A stretch of 64,000 nucleotides of DNA from Deltaproteobacteria bacterium (GTDB lineage Bacteria; Myxococcota_A; Polyangia; Polyangiales; Houyiibacteriaceae), in the NCBI GenBank assembly GCA_034670305.1, contig JAXMNT010000023.1, positions 1-64,000 on the forward strand. Direction: 5' to 3'. Both the position numbers and the translations under genes were made by a program. The notes under the pieces were generated by a model that did no database searches, was not told the origin of the DNA, and saw nothing but the letters and a program-made list of their open reading frames with translations. Below are positions 32,258 through 42,583 of this stretch, one piece after another (position 1 is the first letter of the stretch; each line of letters starts with the position of its first letter).

Positions 32258-34543
32258 TCATCCACCCTGCAGCGTTTCCACTTCGACCTCGGCTTCGGCC
32301 TGCGCGCCGCCGCGGCGCACCACCACGCGATGGCGTCCTTCGGTTGGGAACCAATCCTCGCCCACGCGCTCTCCGTCCACCCACCACTCGAGCCCATCCG
32401 CGAAGGCTCCGCCAAAGGTCGCGAGCAACTCGATGCGGGTCGCACGCGACGGGTCGGTCAAGAGACGGTCGCCGTTGCGTGGTTGCACGATGCGCAGCGA
32501 CGCGCGGCCTTCGACTTCCGTGGTGTGGTTCGCAGCGAGTTCTTGGGCGCGACCCATCGCCTGGCTCCAGCGCGCGTACCGCGGCGGCAGCACCACACCG
32601 GCCGGTGTGTGCCAGGCGCAGACGTGGTCGGGTTCGTGGCCGGGCGCGAACAGCTCGAGGGTGGACTGCGGACAACTCGGACCGGGCGCGAGTCCGCTCA
32701 ACGGGCAGACGGCGGCGCGGGTGAGCGCGACCCCGTCCTGCGGCGCAGGTGACCGTCCCACGTCGCTGGGCAGGGGCACGTCCGCGGGCCGGCGTGCGGT
32801 GGCAAGGATCCGTGCGGCGGCAGGCGCGGCGATCTCGAATCCACTGACGCCGGCCATCGGCCGGCCTTCGGGATCCCCAAACCAGACCACCACGGTGTGT
32901 CCGTCGGCAAACGTCGCCGCCCAAGCATCGCGGAAGCCGGAGCTCGTGCCGGTCTTGAGACCGAACGCGCCACCGGCTTGGGCTTCGAGGTCGTCCCCAA
33001 ACGCGGCGCGTCGGGTGTCGCCGTCGCGCAACACGTGCGCGGTGAGGGTCGCGGCGGTGTCCCGGGTGCTCGCATTGCCGCGGTTCGCGTCGCGGTTCCC
33101 ATCGACCCCATCGGTTGCTTCGCCGTTCGCGCGCAGCGCGAGCGATCGGTACGCGTGCGCGAGTTCGACGGCTGTGACGTCGATGCCACCCAGCACCACT
33201 GCCGCGCCGTGGGTCTCCGCATCCCGGACCCCGCGCAGTCCGAGGTCGGTCAACCGCGCCAAGATCGAAGAGACCCCGACCCGCCTCGCGGCGTCGAGCG
33301 CGGCGAGGTTGAGCGACGACGCCAAGGCTTCGCGCGCCCGGACCGGACCGCGTTCCACGCCATCGAAGTTCTCTGCCTCGAAGAGGGCGCCGCCCATGCT
33401 CGTCATCGGGAGGCGCACGTCGTCGAGGACCGTGGCGGGCCCTTCGCCGGACTCGAAGAGCAACTGGTAGACGAAGGGCTTGAGCGTCGACCCCGGTTGG
33501 CGCCGGGCGCGCAGCAAATCGAGCTGACCGCCGGGTGCGTCCGAACCGGAGCGCGCAGCGGCGACGTACGCGCGGACTTCGCCTTCCGGGCCGAGCACGA
33601 TCGCCGCGGCGTTGTGTACGCCCCGGTCTTCGAAGACTTCGATCGCGCGCCCGAGCACGGCTTCGGTGTGGGACTGCAACTGTGCGTCCAAGGTCGTGTG
33701 GATCACCCCGTGGTCGGCGGTGCGGCGCCCAGCCCGAAACGCATCGAGCTCATGATCTACGAAGCGCGCCGCCCGCCATGGACGTGCGGTGTCCCGGACG
33801 AGGATCGGCGACGCGAGCGCGTCCACCAATCGAGACGCGTCGAGCCGCCCCATGCGGGCCATGCGGTCGAGCACCGTGTTGCGCCGCGCCGTCGCCGCCT
33901 CGAGATCCCGCCTCGGGTCCAGCCTCGACGGCGCCTGCGGCAACCCCGCGAGCAGCGCGGCTTCCGCGAGCGTGAGCTCCGAGGCGGTCTTGCCGAAGTA
34001 CGACTCACTCGCCGCTTCGAGCCCTTCCACCTCGTTCGCGTACGGCACCCGGTTGACGTACTGCTCGAGGATGAACCGTTTGGACCGCCGCTCCTCGAGC
34101 GCCCACGCCCGCAGGATCTCCAAAGGCTTCGACCAGCGTCCGTGCGGCCGGCCATAGACGAGTTTGATCACCTGTTGGGTGATGGTGCTCGCACCACTCG
34201 GCGGGCTGTTCTCGGTCAGCGTGAAGGCGACCGCCCGCACCGTCGCCACCCGGTCGACCCCGTCGTGTTCGTAGAAGCGCCGGTCCTCGGCGGCGAGGAA
34301 CGCGTCGAGCACATGCGCGGGCAAACCGTCGATCGAGATCCAGCGGCGGTGTTTGCCGTCGACTCGGTGGAAACGGAGCGGCGCGCCGTCCCGGTCGACG
34401 ATGGTCGTCGACGCGCGCGGCGCGGTGAACTTCGCCATGTCCAAGAGCCCTGCCGAGAGCGTGCTCCACGACATCGCGAAGCTCAGCCAGCCGAGTCCGA
34501 CCCACAGCGCGAGCCGCTTCAGCCATCGCCCGAGTCGCTTCAT
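32258..34543 (-). CDS. pbpC: Penicillin-binding protein 1C
   Basis: Transglycosylase AEDRRFYEHDGVD, GASTITQQ; transpeptidase GSTLKP, SLN, KTGT; directly downstream of a macroglobulin gene (ATGA overlap). Confidence 0.9.
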   Translation of the reverse strand: MKRLGRWLKRLALWVGLGWLSFAMSWSTLSAGLLDMAKFTAPRASTTIVDRDGAPLRFHRVDGKHRRWISIDGLPAHVLDAFLAAEDRRFYEHDGVDRVATVRAVAFTLTENSPPSGASTITQQVIKLVYGRPHGRWSKPLEILRAWALEERRSKRFILEQYVNRVPYANEVEGLEAASESYFGKTASELTLAEAALLAGLPQAPSRLDPRRDLEAATARRNTVLDRMARMGRLDASRLVDALASPILVRDTARPWRAARFVDHELDAFRAGRRTADHGVIHTTLDAQLQSHTEAVLGRAIEVFEDRGVHNAAAIVLGPEGEVRAYVAAARSGSDAPGGQLDLLRARRQPGSTLKPFVYQLLFESGEGPATVLDDVRLPMTSMGGALFEAENFDGVERGPVRAREALASSLNLAALDAARRVGVSSILARLTDLGLRGVRDAETHGAAVVLGGIDVTAVELAHAYRSLALRANGEATDGVDGNRDANRGNASTRDTAATLTAHVLRDGDTRRAAFGDDLEAQAGGAFGLKTGTSSGFRDAWAATFADGHTVVVWFGDPEGRPMAGVSGFEIAAPAAARILATARRPADVPLPSDVGRSPAPQDGVALTRAAVCPLSGLAPGPSCPQSTLELFAPGHEPDHVCAWHTPAGVVLPPRYARWSQAMGRAQELAANHTTEVEGRASLRIVQPRNGDRLLTDPSRATRIELLATFGGAFADGLEWWVDGERVGEDWFPTEGRHRVVVRRGGAQAEAEVEVETLQGG

Positions 34544-37500
34544 GGAACCTCGGCCCCTTCGGCGCCCGGACCCGCCTCCGCTTCGGCTCCTTCCGCAGCT
34601 TCGGCATGCGCCGCTTCCATGGCCCGCTCGTCTTCGGCCGACACCCCGGCCGGTCGGACCCGCAGTTCGAACGCGGTGGAGCGGCCGACGAAGGTCGTGT
34701 CGTGGGTCGCGTCGACCTGCGCTGGAGGCAGCGTGAACGTGCCGGGCGAGGTGGCGCGGACCGCGTAGGTGTACTCCTGCAATCCGGTGGGGAACGAGTC
34801 GAAGTAGAACGTCGCCTCGGTGCGTCCGAGCGCTCGGTGTGCGATCGATGCCGCCGACCGGTACGCGTGGTAGCCGCGCGGGTCGTCGACCTCGTCGTCC
34901 GGTCCGCGCCCGAGCATGGCGCCGAGCGCTGCGGTGGGGGTCGTCGCGAACTGCGCGTCGATCGGTTCCACCCCACTCGCGAGCCGGTCTCGAAGCCGCA
35001 CGGCGCCACTGATCGGCGTCTCGGAGAAGGTGAAGATCCGCACGCGCACCATCTCTCCGAGCCCGACCGAGTCGCCCGGCTCGAGCGTGTGTCCGTCCGC
35101 GGTCTCGAACCGCCGGTGCACCGCCACCGCCCGTCCGCGGGCCATCTGGTCCGCGGGCCCGAGCGGCACCGCCCACGCGCTCTCGACCGCGAAGAACACC
35201 GGGCCGTCTCCCTCGAAGCGGAGCACGTGGTCCGCGTCGGCGAGCTCGCGCGCGTCGATGTGGAAGGTGCGGCCTCCGCTGCCGCCGTCGACCACGCGGG
35301 CATCGGCCGACGAGAGCCGCTGACCGTCGAGCGAGACCTCGACGGGGCTCGAGGACTGCGCCGCGACGAATGCGTTCGCGAACGCGGCGAGCCCCGTCAG
35401 TGCATCGGCCGCGTCGGCCGCATCGCGCCAGCCGAAGGGGGCGTTCGGCGCGACTGCGCCGAGCAACGTGGCCGCCAACGGGCCGGCCTTGGCGAACACC
35501 GAAGGCTCCACCGAGGCGATCTCGAGCACCGGTCCGACGTTGCGCGCCCGAAGGTCCGGATGCCGCAACCGCATCGAGAGCGCGCTGTCCTCGCGGTGGT
35601 CGCCGGTCGCGTAGCGCACCGCATCCGTCGCCAGTCCGGCGCGTCTCACGTCGTCGTCGTGCATGGCGAGCGCGAGGTGCGCGAGACCCGCCAGGCCGAG
35701 CTGCTCGCGTCGTTCGTAGAGGGCGTCGACCCCTTCCGGGTACGAGTCGTCCGCTTCCCGCAGCGTATGGAGACCGAGTGCGGTGGCGTCGGCGCCGACC
35801 ATGTCGCCGCCGTCGTCGAACGACTCGCGCTCGAGCGCCTCGCGCAAGCGTCGGACCGCCCGCCGCACCGCGCTTCTGTCGACCGGGATCCCAGTGGCCT
35901 GCGCCCGGACGAGCGCGCGGGTGCCGAGCGTGCTCTCCCACTGCTGGGCCCAGCCGTCGTGTGCCCAGCGCCCGAAGCCGCCGTCGCTGCGCTGGTGTTG
36001 CAAGAGCGCGCGCACCGCGGCGGCTCCGTGTGCGTGCAGCTCTTCGATCGATGCCGCGCTCGGGTCCGTCTGTGCGAGTTCGATCTCCGCCGCGAGTGCG
36101 AGCAGCGTGGCGGCGCGGTGTTGTACGTGACCCCAGCCGTTCGCTTCGAGGTGTGCACGCACTCGGGCACTGCCCACGAAGGGGTGGGGCGCGACGGTCA
36201 CGGTGACCTGTCCGCGCTCCACCGGTCCGAGACGCAGCGTGACCTCGTGCGCGGGGACCGAGAGCGCGTGCGGTGTCTCGGTCTCCGCGTTGCGCAGCTG
36301 CGCGCCGCCGACCGCGAACTGACGTCGCCAGTGGGCGCGCGCCGAGATCGGAATGGTGCGGGTCAGGGTCACGTCGTCGATCGCGGCGACCACCCGCAGA
36401 GACTCACTCCGCGTGCGGGTGTCGAGCGGGACTTCCACCCGGCGGGTCTCGCCGCTGCGAAGCGTGAGCGTCTCCCGAACGATGTCGGCGCCGTTGACCT
36501 GGACCCGGAGCTCTCCGGTGACGTCGGCTTCGGTTCCATCCGGGCTCGGTGGCGCGTGCACGAAGATGGCGCCGTCGATCTCGTCCTGCGAGGTCACGAA
36601 CCGCGGCAGGGCGTCCGAGAGCACGAGGGGCTGGGACACGACGGTGCGCGAAGTGGCGTCGCCGTGCCCGATGGTGCCGTCGACCGCGAGCGCGAGGATG
36701 CGGTACTCGGTCGCGCGTTCGGGCAACGTCACCTGGGCGCTGACCCGTCCTTGGGCGTCGGTGGTGCGGGTCGTCCAGAGCGGCACCGGATCGAGCACCG
36801 CTTCGTCCGGGCGCAAGGTGCGGTTGCCGCCGCCGCCGCCGCCGCCACCGCCGCGCCACTCAGACGGAGTGATCCGCGACGCGAGTTTGCGGCGAAGGTC
36901 TTCCCAGCTGAACGCGGGCGAGAGTCGGGGGAAGAGCCCCGCGGTGGGGTCCGTGATGTCGTAGTCGGTCAGCCGAAGCAGGCCTTCGTCGACCATCCAC
37001 AGCGTGATCTCACCGCTCGCGGGTGTGCCGTCGGTCGTCCGCGCCGTGGCCGTCACCGTGATCTCGTCGCCTGGCTCCGCATGTTCGGGCGCCGTGATGA
37101 CGACCTCGTAGTTCGCGCCGCGCGGTTTCACCTCCAGCTCCGCGACACCGAACCGCAGGTCCGGACTGCCGACGTCGTGGGTCTCGGTGGGCTCGGACAC
37201 CCGCCCGCGGGTGAGCGCGACCGAGACGAAGGCGTTGGGCACCATCGCTTCGGTGATCGGGATCCGGAGGATCTGCGCCCCGGCCGCGACCGTCCGGGTC
37301 TCGTGGTGCAAGACGCCCTCGCGTTCGGTGGTGATGAGCGCCGTGCCGTCGTCCCAAGGCGACTCGAACGCGAGCTCCGCGGTCTCACCAACCGCCCAGT
37401 TGCGGCGGGTCGGGGTCACCTGGATCGGCGCGCCCGGCGGGTCGCGGTCCGGTGCTTCGTCCGGTCCCGCCACGTAGACGCGCCGAGAGGCGGTGGCGGT

Positions 37501-40497
37501 GCGACCGGCCGCATCCTGCACTTCGACTTCGATGCGGTAGGTGCCGGTGCGGGTGGGCGTGAAGGGACACGCCTCTTCGCTCGAGAACGTACACGTGTGC
37601 ATCGGCTCGGCCCGGCGATCGCGGCGCAGCTGGTAGTCGCCTTGGCCGCCGCCGCGGCGGGACCAGGCCCACCACGAGTGCCAGCCTTCGCGGACGAAGC
37701 GCGCGCGGATCGGGTGGCCTTCGATCGGTGCGTCGTCGGCGCCGATGGCGACCGCTTCGGCTTCGAGCTCGGTGCCGAGCGCAACCCAATCGTCGCCGGT
37801 GCGCAGACCGACCTCGACGTCTGCGGGTCGAACCACGAGCGCATGTCGTTTGGCGGTGGTTTGCCCCGTGGCGTCGGTGACCTCGACTTCAAAGGTGCCG
37901 CGCGTCCGGACGCTCGGGGACCACGGTTCGGCCTGCACCTGGAGTGCCCCTTCGGCGAGCGAGGCGCGGCCGGACGCGCGGGTGCCGCGCTCCGCATGCG
38001 CGTCGACGGGGGAGAACGTGTACTCGCGGTAGCGCGCGGGAAGCGGCGCGGCGCCGTCCGCGATGAACGACCAGTTCGCCTGGCCGTCGACGTCCGCGCC
38101 GAAGAGGTACGTCGCGGAGACGTCGAAGCCGAGGGCGTCGCCTGCCAGCGCCACTCGAGGGGCCGAGACATCCACCCGGAAGGAGGGCGTTCGGAACGAA
38201 GCCACGTGGATCTGCGCGCTGCCGATCACGGTCTCGACCACGACCGGCTCCGGGTCGTCGTCGTCGGTGTCGCTGGGCGCCCGTTCGACTTCGCGCGCCC
38301 GCACGACCTGAACCGACCACATGCCGAGGTCGGGCGAGGGAGGCAGCGCGAACTCCGCATCGATGCTGCCGAGCGGCGTGGGCGTGAGGGTGTGTTCGGC
38401 GAAGGGGAGCAACCCGCCTGGGTTGCGGAGGCGGACGAAGACGGGGTCTCGGTGCGCGGCGACTTCGAACGATCCGCCATCGTTGCGGGTCGCCTGCCGG
38501 AGGATCGCGTGCACCCGCACCGTCTCGCCGGCCCGGTAAGCGCCGCGGTCGGTGAACACCGACGCGCGTGGTTCGTCGCCCGGAGGCGGCGGTCCGCCCT
38601 GGTGCATGCCGAGCCGAGTCGGGTTCGACGACTGACCGGGTTCGACCAGGAGAACCGACGCATCGCGGCCCTTGGTGGCGAGCACAGCGACGGTCTCACT
38701 GGTCTGGTCCCGCTCGGTCGGGACCCAGACGACGCCGTCCGAACCGGTGCGGCCATCGCCGAGCAGATCCACTTCGTTCGCGTCGGCGACCCGGTTGCGT
38801 CGCCCGAGCTGGACCTGCACGCCCGGCACCGGCGTTCCGTCGTCGAGCTTGGTGACCCAGACGAGGACTCCGTCGGGCAACACGCGCGCGGTGGTCGCGA
38901 GGTTGGTGCGCTGCACGAACCGGCCGCTCAGGGAGCGGGAGGGGTGCGCTTCGCCAGGCCGAAGCGCGACGATCGCGAGCTCACTCGAAGCCACCTCGGC
39001 CCAGTCGAACGATCCTCGCCCCCAGACGTTCGCTCGGGCGGTGGGCGCCAGTTCGATGAGTGGCACGATCGGGGCCGCGCCACCGTGCGTGGCCACGAAG
39101 CGGTTGGACGCCAGCGCCGCCGACAATGCGTCCCGGGTCGCGACCGGCACGACGAGCGCGGCGCCCTTGTCGATGTGGATGCCCTGGAATCGGAAGTCCG
39201 TCGGCGCGCCGTGTTCCCACGCGAAGTTCGTGGCGGCGACTCGGACTTCGGGGCGGTGGCCCGCGCTGCGCACGGCGAGTGGGGAGAAGCGGCGGAGCGC
39301 GCGGCCGCGGGAGGTCTTCAGTCCATCGATGCGCACTTCGTAGACCTGGTCGGCGGCCCACACCCCGCTGACTTCGAGCGTCCGTCGGTCCGGATCGCTC
39401 GTACGCACCGCGAGCCCGGGGAGCGCCGGCACGACGCGAACGTTCGCGAGCGTCGGCGGCGCGATCGTCTCGCTCGCCCGCACCCGAAGGACCGGACCGA
39501 TCTCGACGATGCGGCCGGGCCGCGCGTCGTGATCGCATCGGCCGAACCGCACTTGCTCGGGACACGCGACGCCTTCGATGTGGGGCGGTGGCTGCACGCG
39601 GAACTGCACCGTGCTCGGTGTGGCGCCGCCCCACTGCATCCAGCGCGGTGCGATGGCGACGCCGATGCGGGCGCCTTCTTCGAGCCGGCGGCCGGGGCGC
39701 AGGTCGATTCGAAAGAGCTGTTCTTCGGTGCCGCGCGGCGCGAGCTGGAACGGGATGCTCCGGTAGGCGCCGCCCATCTCGTAGACCAGTACGTCGCGGC
39801 TGAGCTCGGCGGCCCGCACCGGATTGTCGAAGTAGAGCGGGAGGGATTCGCCTGGGGACACCGTGCGGGTGTCGGAGCGTGCGAGGTGCGGCGTTCCGTC
39901 GAACACCACCACCCGCTCTTCTTCGTCGAAGACCTGCGAGCCATCGAGCGAACGCAACCACTCGGCGACCTCCACCCGCGTCTCGAGGGAGCGGTCCCAC
40001 GCGCTCGCGTGGGCGGTGAAGACGAGGCGCGAGCGGCTGGCCCAGTACCCGGTGCCGCGCACGGCCGGAGCGAACTCGAGCGGCACCGCGACGAGCGGCG
40101 TGCCGACCTGCGCGCCGTCGACCATGGGACGGTTGAAGCGGAACGTGAGGGTGCCGCCGCGCGCGATGCGCTGCGCGCCGGCGGGTGGGGAGAGGATGCC
40201 GAGCATGCCGGGCCCGTCGGCCGCGAGCAGCGGATCGAGCGGCGCGGCGACCGGCAGCTCCGAATCCGCGTACGGGAAGGTCGCGAACTGCGCGAGTAAG
40301 ACTTCGGGCACATCCGCCACCGAGGGCGTCACCGTCGGTTCTTCCTCGAGCACGTTGAAGAGCACCCACAGCACCACGGCGATGCCGAGTGGGATGAACA
40401 CCCAGCGCGGCGTGCCTTTCGGCGGCTCGGTCAGCGATTGAGAGCGGTACGGGCCGTCACCGACAGGCGCGCGCTTGGAGCGGAGGAATCCCAACAT
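34540..40497 (-). CDS. Bacterial alpha-2-macroglobulin family protein, TM-anchored, no CxEQ thioester
   Basis: [60 protein letters not shown] where YGCxEQ is expected. Confidence 0.92.
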   Translation of the reverse strand: MLGFLRSKRAPVGDGPYRSQSLTEPPKGTPRWVFIPLGIAVVLWVLFNVLEEEPTVTPSVADVPEVLLAQFATFPYADSELPVAAPLDPLLAADGPGMLGILSPPAGAQRIARGGTLTFRFNRPMVDGAQVGTPLVAVPLEFAPAVRGTGYWASRSRLVFTAHASAWDRSLETRVEVAEWLRSLDGSQVFDEEERVVVFDGTPHLARSDTRTVSPGESLPLYFDNPVRAAELSRDVLVYEMGGAYRSIPFQLAPRGTEEQLFRIDLRPGRRLEEGARIGVAIAPRWMQWGGATPSTVQFRVQPPPHIEGVACPEQVRFGRCDHDARPGRIVEIGPVLRVRASETIAPPTLANVRVVPALPGLAVRTSDPDRRTLEVSGVWAADQVYEVRIDGLKTSRGRALRRFSPLAVRSAGHRPEVRVAATNFAWEHGAPTDFRFQGIHIDKGAALVVPVATRDALSAALASNRFVATHGGAAPIVPLIELAPTARANVWGRGSFDWAEVASSELAIVALRPGEAHPSRSLSGRFVQRTNLATTARVLPDGVLVWVTKLDDGTPVPGVQVQLGRRNRVADANEVDLLGDGRTGSDGVVWVPTERDQTSETVAVLATKGRDASVLLVEPGQSSNPTRLGMHQGGPPPPGDEPRASVFTDRGAYRAGETVRVHAILRQATRNDGGSFEVAAHRDPVFVRLRNPGGLLPFAEHTLTPTPLGSIDAEFALPPSPDLGMWSVQVVRAREVERAPSDTDDDDPEPVVVETVIGSAQIHVASFRTPSFRVDVSAPRVALAGDALGFDVSATYLFGADVDGQANWSFIADGAAPLPARYREYTFSPVDAHAERGTRASGRASLAEGALQVQAEPWSPSVRTRGTFEVEVTDATGQTTAKRHALVVRPADVEVGLRTGDDWVALGTELEAEAVAIGADDAPIEGHPIRARFVREGWHSWWAWSRRGGGQGDYQLRRDRRAEPMHTCTFSSEEACPFTPTRTGTYRIEVEVQDAAGRTATASRRVYVAGPDEAPDRDPPGAPIQVTPTRRNWAVGETAELAFESPWDDGTALITTEREGVLHHETRTVAAGAQILRIPITEAMVPNAFVSVALTRGRVSEPTETHDVGSPDLRFGVAELEVKPRGANYEVVITAPEHAEPGDEITVTATARTTDGTPASGEITLWMVDEGLLRLTDYDITDPTAGLFPRLSPAFSWEDLRRKLASRITPSEWRGGGGGGGGGNRTLRPDEAVLDPVPLWTTRTTDAQGRVSAQVTLPERATEYRILALAVDGTIGHGDATSRTVVSQPLVLSDALPRFVTSQDEIDGAIFVHAPPSPDGTEADVTGELRVQVNGADIVRETLTLRSGETRRVEVPLDTRTRSESLRVVAAIDDVTLTRTIPISARAHWRRQFAVGGAQLRNAETETPHALSVPAHEVTLRLGPVERGQVTVTVAPHPFVGSARVRAHLEANGWGHVQHRAATLLALAAEIELAQTDPSAASIEELHAHGAAAVRALLQHQRSDGGFGRWAHDGWAQQWESTLGTRALVRAQATGIPVDRSAVRRAVRRLREALERESFDDGGDMVGADATALGLHTLREADDSYPEGVDALYERREQLGLAGLAHLALAMHDDDVRRAGLATDAVRYATGDHREDSALSMRLRHPDLRARNVGPVLEIASVEPSVFAKAGPLAATLLGAVAPNAPFGWRDAADAADALTGLAAFANAFVAAQSSSPVEVSLDGQRLSSADARVVDGGSGGRTFHIDARELADADHVLRFEGDGPVFFAVESAWAVPLGPADQMARGRAVAVHRRFETADGHTLEPGDSVGLGEMVRVRIFTFSETPISGAVRLRDRLASGVEPIDAQFATTPTAALGAMLGRGPDDEVDDPRGYHAYRSAASIAHRALGRTEATFYFDSFPTGLQEYTYAVRATSPGTFTLPPAQVDATHDTTFVGRSTAFELRVRPAGVSAEDERAMEAAHAEAAEGAEAEAGPGAEGAEVP

Positions 40498-40640
40498 CGG
40501 GAAGCCCAACCAGCAAGACCCGCGCCGCCCTTCCCAAGAGCGTGGGATGGAGGACGTTTCGATGGGCGGTAGGGAGAAGTGCCGGAATCGATCGCGTCTT
40601 CGTGGACGCGGTGTTGTGTCGCTCCGCCCTCGATCGCGGA

Positions 40641-40863
40641 GCCCTTGCCGTTGCCCTTGCCGTTGCCCTTGCCGTTGCCGTTGCCCTTGCGCTTGGTTGC
40701 GAATCCGAAGCCGAAGCCGAAGCCGAAGCCGAAGCCGATGCCGAGGCCGAAGCCGATGCCGATGCCGATGCCGATGCCGATGCCGATGCCGAAGCCGATG
40801 CCGATGCCGAAGCCGATGCCAAAGCCGATGCCGATGCCGATGCCGATGCCGATGCCGATGCCC
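40641..40863. repeat. Intergenic hexamer array (CCCTTG/CCGTTG, then GCCGAA/GCCGAT)
   Basis: Lies between divergent genes; preceded near 40600 by CGTGGACGCGGTGT, similar to the MITE core CGTGGACGCCGTGT. Confidence 0.95.
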
Positions 40864-40893
40864 GCTGGGGGGTGCGTGCGGTAGAGTGCGCCG

Positions 40894-41772
40894 ATGGACG
40901 CTGTACGGACGCCGGATGCGCGGTTTGAGGGTTTGTCGGGGTGGGGGTTCGAGCCTCGGTACCTGACGTTGAAGAACGGGCTTCGGCTGCACTACGTCGA
41001 CGAGGGGCCGGAGGACGGGGAGGTGTACCTCTGTCTCCACGGGGAGCCGAGTTGGTCGTATCTGTACCGGAAGATGACGCCGGTGTTCGTCGCGGCGGGC
41101 AAGCGCGTGGTCGCGTTCGACTGGCTGGGGTTCGGCCGTTCGGACAAGCCGACCGACGACGCGGTCTACACCTTCTCGTTTCACCACGAGACGATGCTCG
41201 AGGTGATCGACGCGCTCGGACTCGAGAAGGTTGTGCTGGTCTGTCAGGACTGGGGCGGCTTGCTCGGGCTGACGTTGCCCGTCGATCGACCGGCGCTGGT
41301 CACCAAGCTGCTCATCATGAACACCGCGCTCGCGACCGGCGTGCACCCGGGTCCCGGCTTCGAGCAGTGGAAGGCCTACAACGCCAGTCAGCCGGATCTC
41401 GACGTCGCGTCGCTCATGCAGCGCGGCACCCCGGGCATGACGGATGAAGAAGCCGCTGCGTACGCCGCGCCGTTCGTGGATGCGACCTACAAGGCAGGGG
41501 TTCGCACCTTCCCCAACATCGTGCCGGTGGCGCCCGAGATGGACGGCGCGGCGAAAGGCAAAGCGGCCGCCAAGTTCTGGGCGACCGAATGGAACGGGAA
41601 GACGTTCATGGCGGTGGGGGTGCAGGATCCGGTGCTCGGCAAACCGGTCATGAAGGTGATGCAGGGACTCATCCGCGGGTGCCCCGAACCGATGTACGTC
41701 GAAGACGGCGGCCACTTCGTGCAGGAGCGCGGAGAGGCCATCGCGCGCGCGGCGCTCGAAGCGTTCGGATGA
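40894..41772 (+). CDS. Haloalkane dehalogenase (HLD-I, DhlA/DhmA-like)
   Basis: [47 protein letters not shown]. Confidence 0.92.
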   Translation: MDAVRTPDARFEGLSGWGFEPRYLTLKNGLRLHYVDEGPEDGEVYLCLHGEPSWSYLYRKMTPVFVAAGKRVVAFDWLGFGRSDKPTDDAVYTFSFHHETMLEVIDALGLEKVVLVCQDWGGLLGLTLPVDRPALVTKLLIMNTALATGVHPGPGFEQWKAYNASQPDLDVASLMQRGTPGMTDEEAAAYAAPFVDATYKAGVRTFPNIVPVAPEMDGAAKGKAAAKFWATEWNGKTFMAVGVQDPVLGKPVMKVMQGLIRGCPEPMYVEDGGHFVQERGEAIARAALEAFG

Positions 41773-42212
41773 GCGATCCCGAGGAGGTCGACCACAGCGC
41801 GATGCTCAACGGCATGCGCAAGGGCTTCGACGAAGCGATGAAGTTTCAGTACACGCGCGCCACGCTCCAGGAGGTGCGCGCTCAGTTCGTCATCGGACCC
41901 CAACACGTGCAGCAGTACGGGCTCGTGCATGGGGGCGTGCTCTGCGGACTCATCGAAGTGCTCTGTTCTGCCGGCGCCGCCATGAACGCGATGGCGCGGG
42001 GTCAGAAGGGATCGGTCGGCCTCGAGAACACGACGTCGTTCCTGCGCGCCCTCCGCGAAGGCACCCTGACCGGCACCGCGACCCCGGTCGTGCGCGGCCG
42101 TCAGACCCAGGTGTGGCGAGCCGACATCAAAGACGAACTCGGCCGCCTCGTCGCGACGGGCCGAGTCCGATTGATGAACCTCGAATCGTCCTCGGACATC
42201 ACGCCCCAGTAG
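41769..42212 (+). CDS. PaaI family (hotdog) thioesterase
   Basis: HVQQYGLVHGG, VGLEN, FLRA, GRQTQVW; ATGA overlap. Confidence 0.9.
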   Translation: MSDPEEVDHSAMLNGMRKGFDEAMKFQYTRATLQEVRAQFVIGPQHVQQYGLVHGGVLCGLIEVLCSAGAAMNAMARGQKGSVGLENTTSFLRALREGTLTGTATPVVRGRQTQVWRADIKDELGRLVATGRVRLMNLESSSDITPQ

Positions 42213-42228
42213 GCTGCGAAGCAGCCAC

Positions 42229-42573
42229 TGGCCCTTGCCCCTGCCCTTGCCCCTGCCCTTGCCCTGGGGTTCTGAGTTCTGGGGTTCTGAGTTCCTGGGG
42301 TTCGGAGTTCTAGGGTTCCAGAAGTGTCGCCCATGTCCCCAGTTTGCGGCTGCTGAGGACGAGGGCGGTGGGATTCGGACACCGAGGGCAAGGGCAGGGG
42401 CAAGGGCACGGGCAAGGGGAGGGCTGCTGCGCATCCTCTCCTTCGGAATCGGAGTCGGGCGAGGGCACGGGTTCCTGGGTTCAGGGGTGCGTTCGGGGTG
42501 CTGTTGTTCTGCAAGCACTTGCCTTCCAACCGAGGGCAAGGGCAGGGGCAAGGGCACGGGCAAGGGGAGGGCG
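42229..42573. repeat. Composite repeat: CCCTTG array, GTTCTGA/GTTCTGG-type repeats, two direct copies of a GGGCAA block
   Basis: ACCGAGGGCAAGGGCAGGGGCAAGGGCACGGGCAAGGGGAGGGC (44 bp) at about 42381 and 42529; complementary CCCTTG array at about 42231-42265. Confidence 0.9.
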
Positions 42574-42583
42574 CTCCGCGCCC

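Noticed and set aside
34606-40299. 1897-aa plus-strand ORF and similar long antisense ORFs
   Set aside because: Shadow frames of real genes in high-GC DNA; the opposite strand carries the recognisable motifs.
40498-41715. N-terminal extension of the 2391-aa ORF
   Set aside because: It runs antisense through the dehalogenase gene and a repeat array; ATG 40497 followed by a TM helix is the plausible start.
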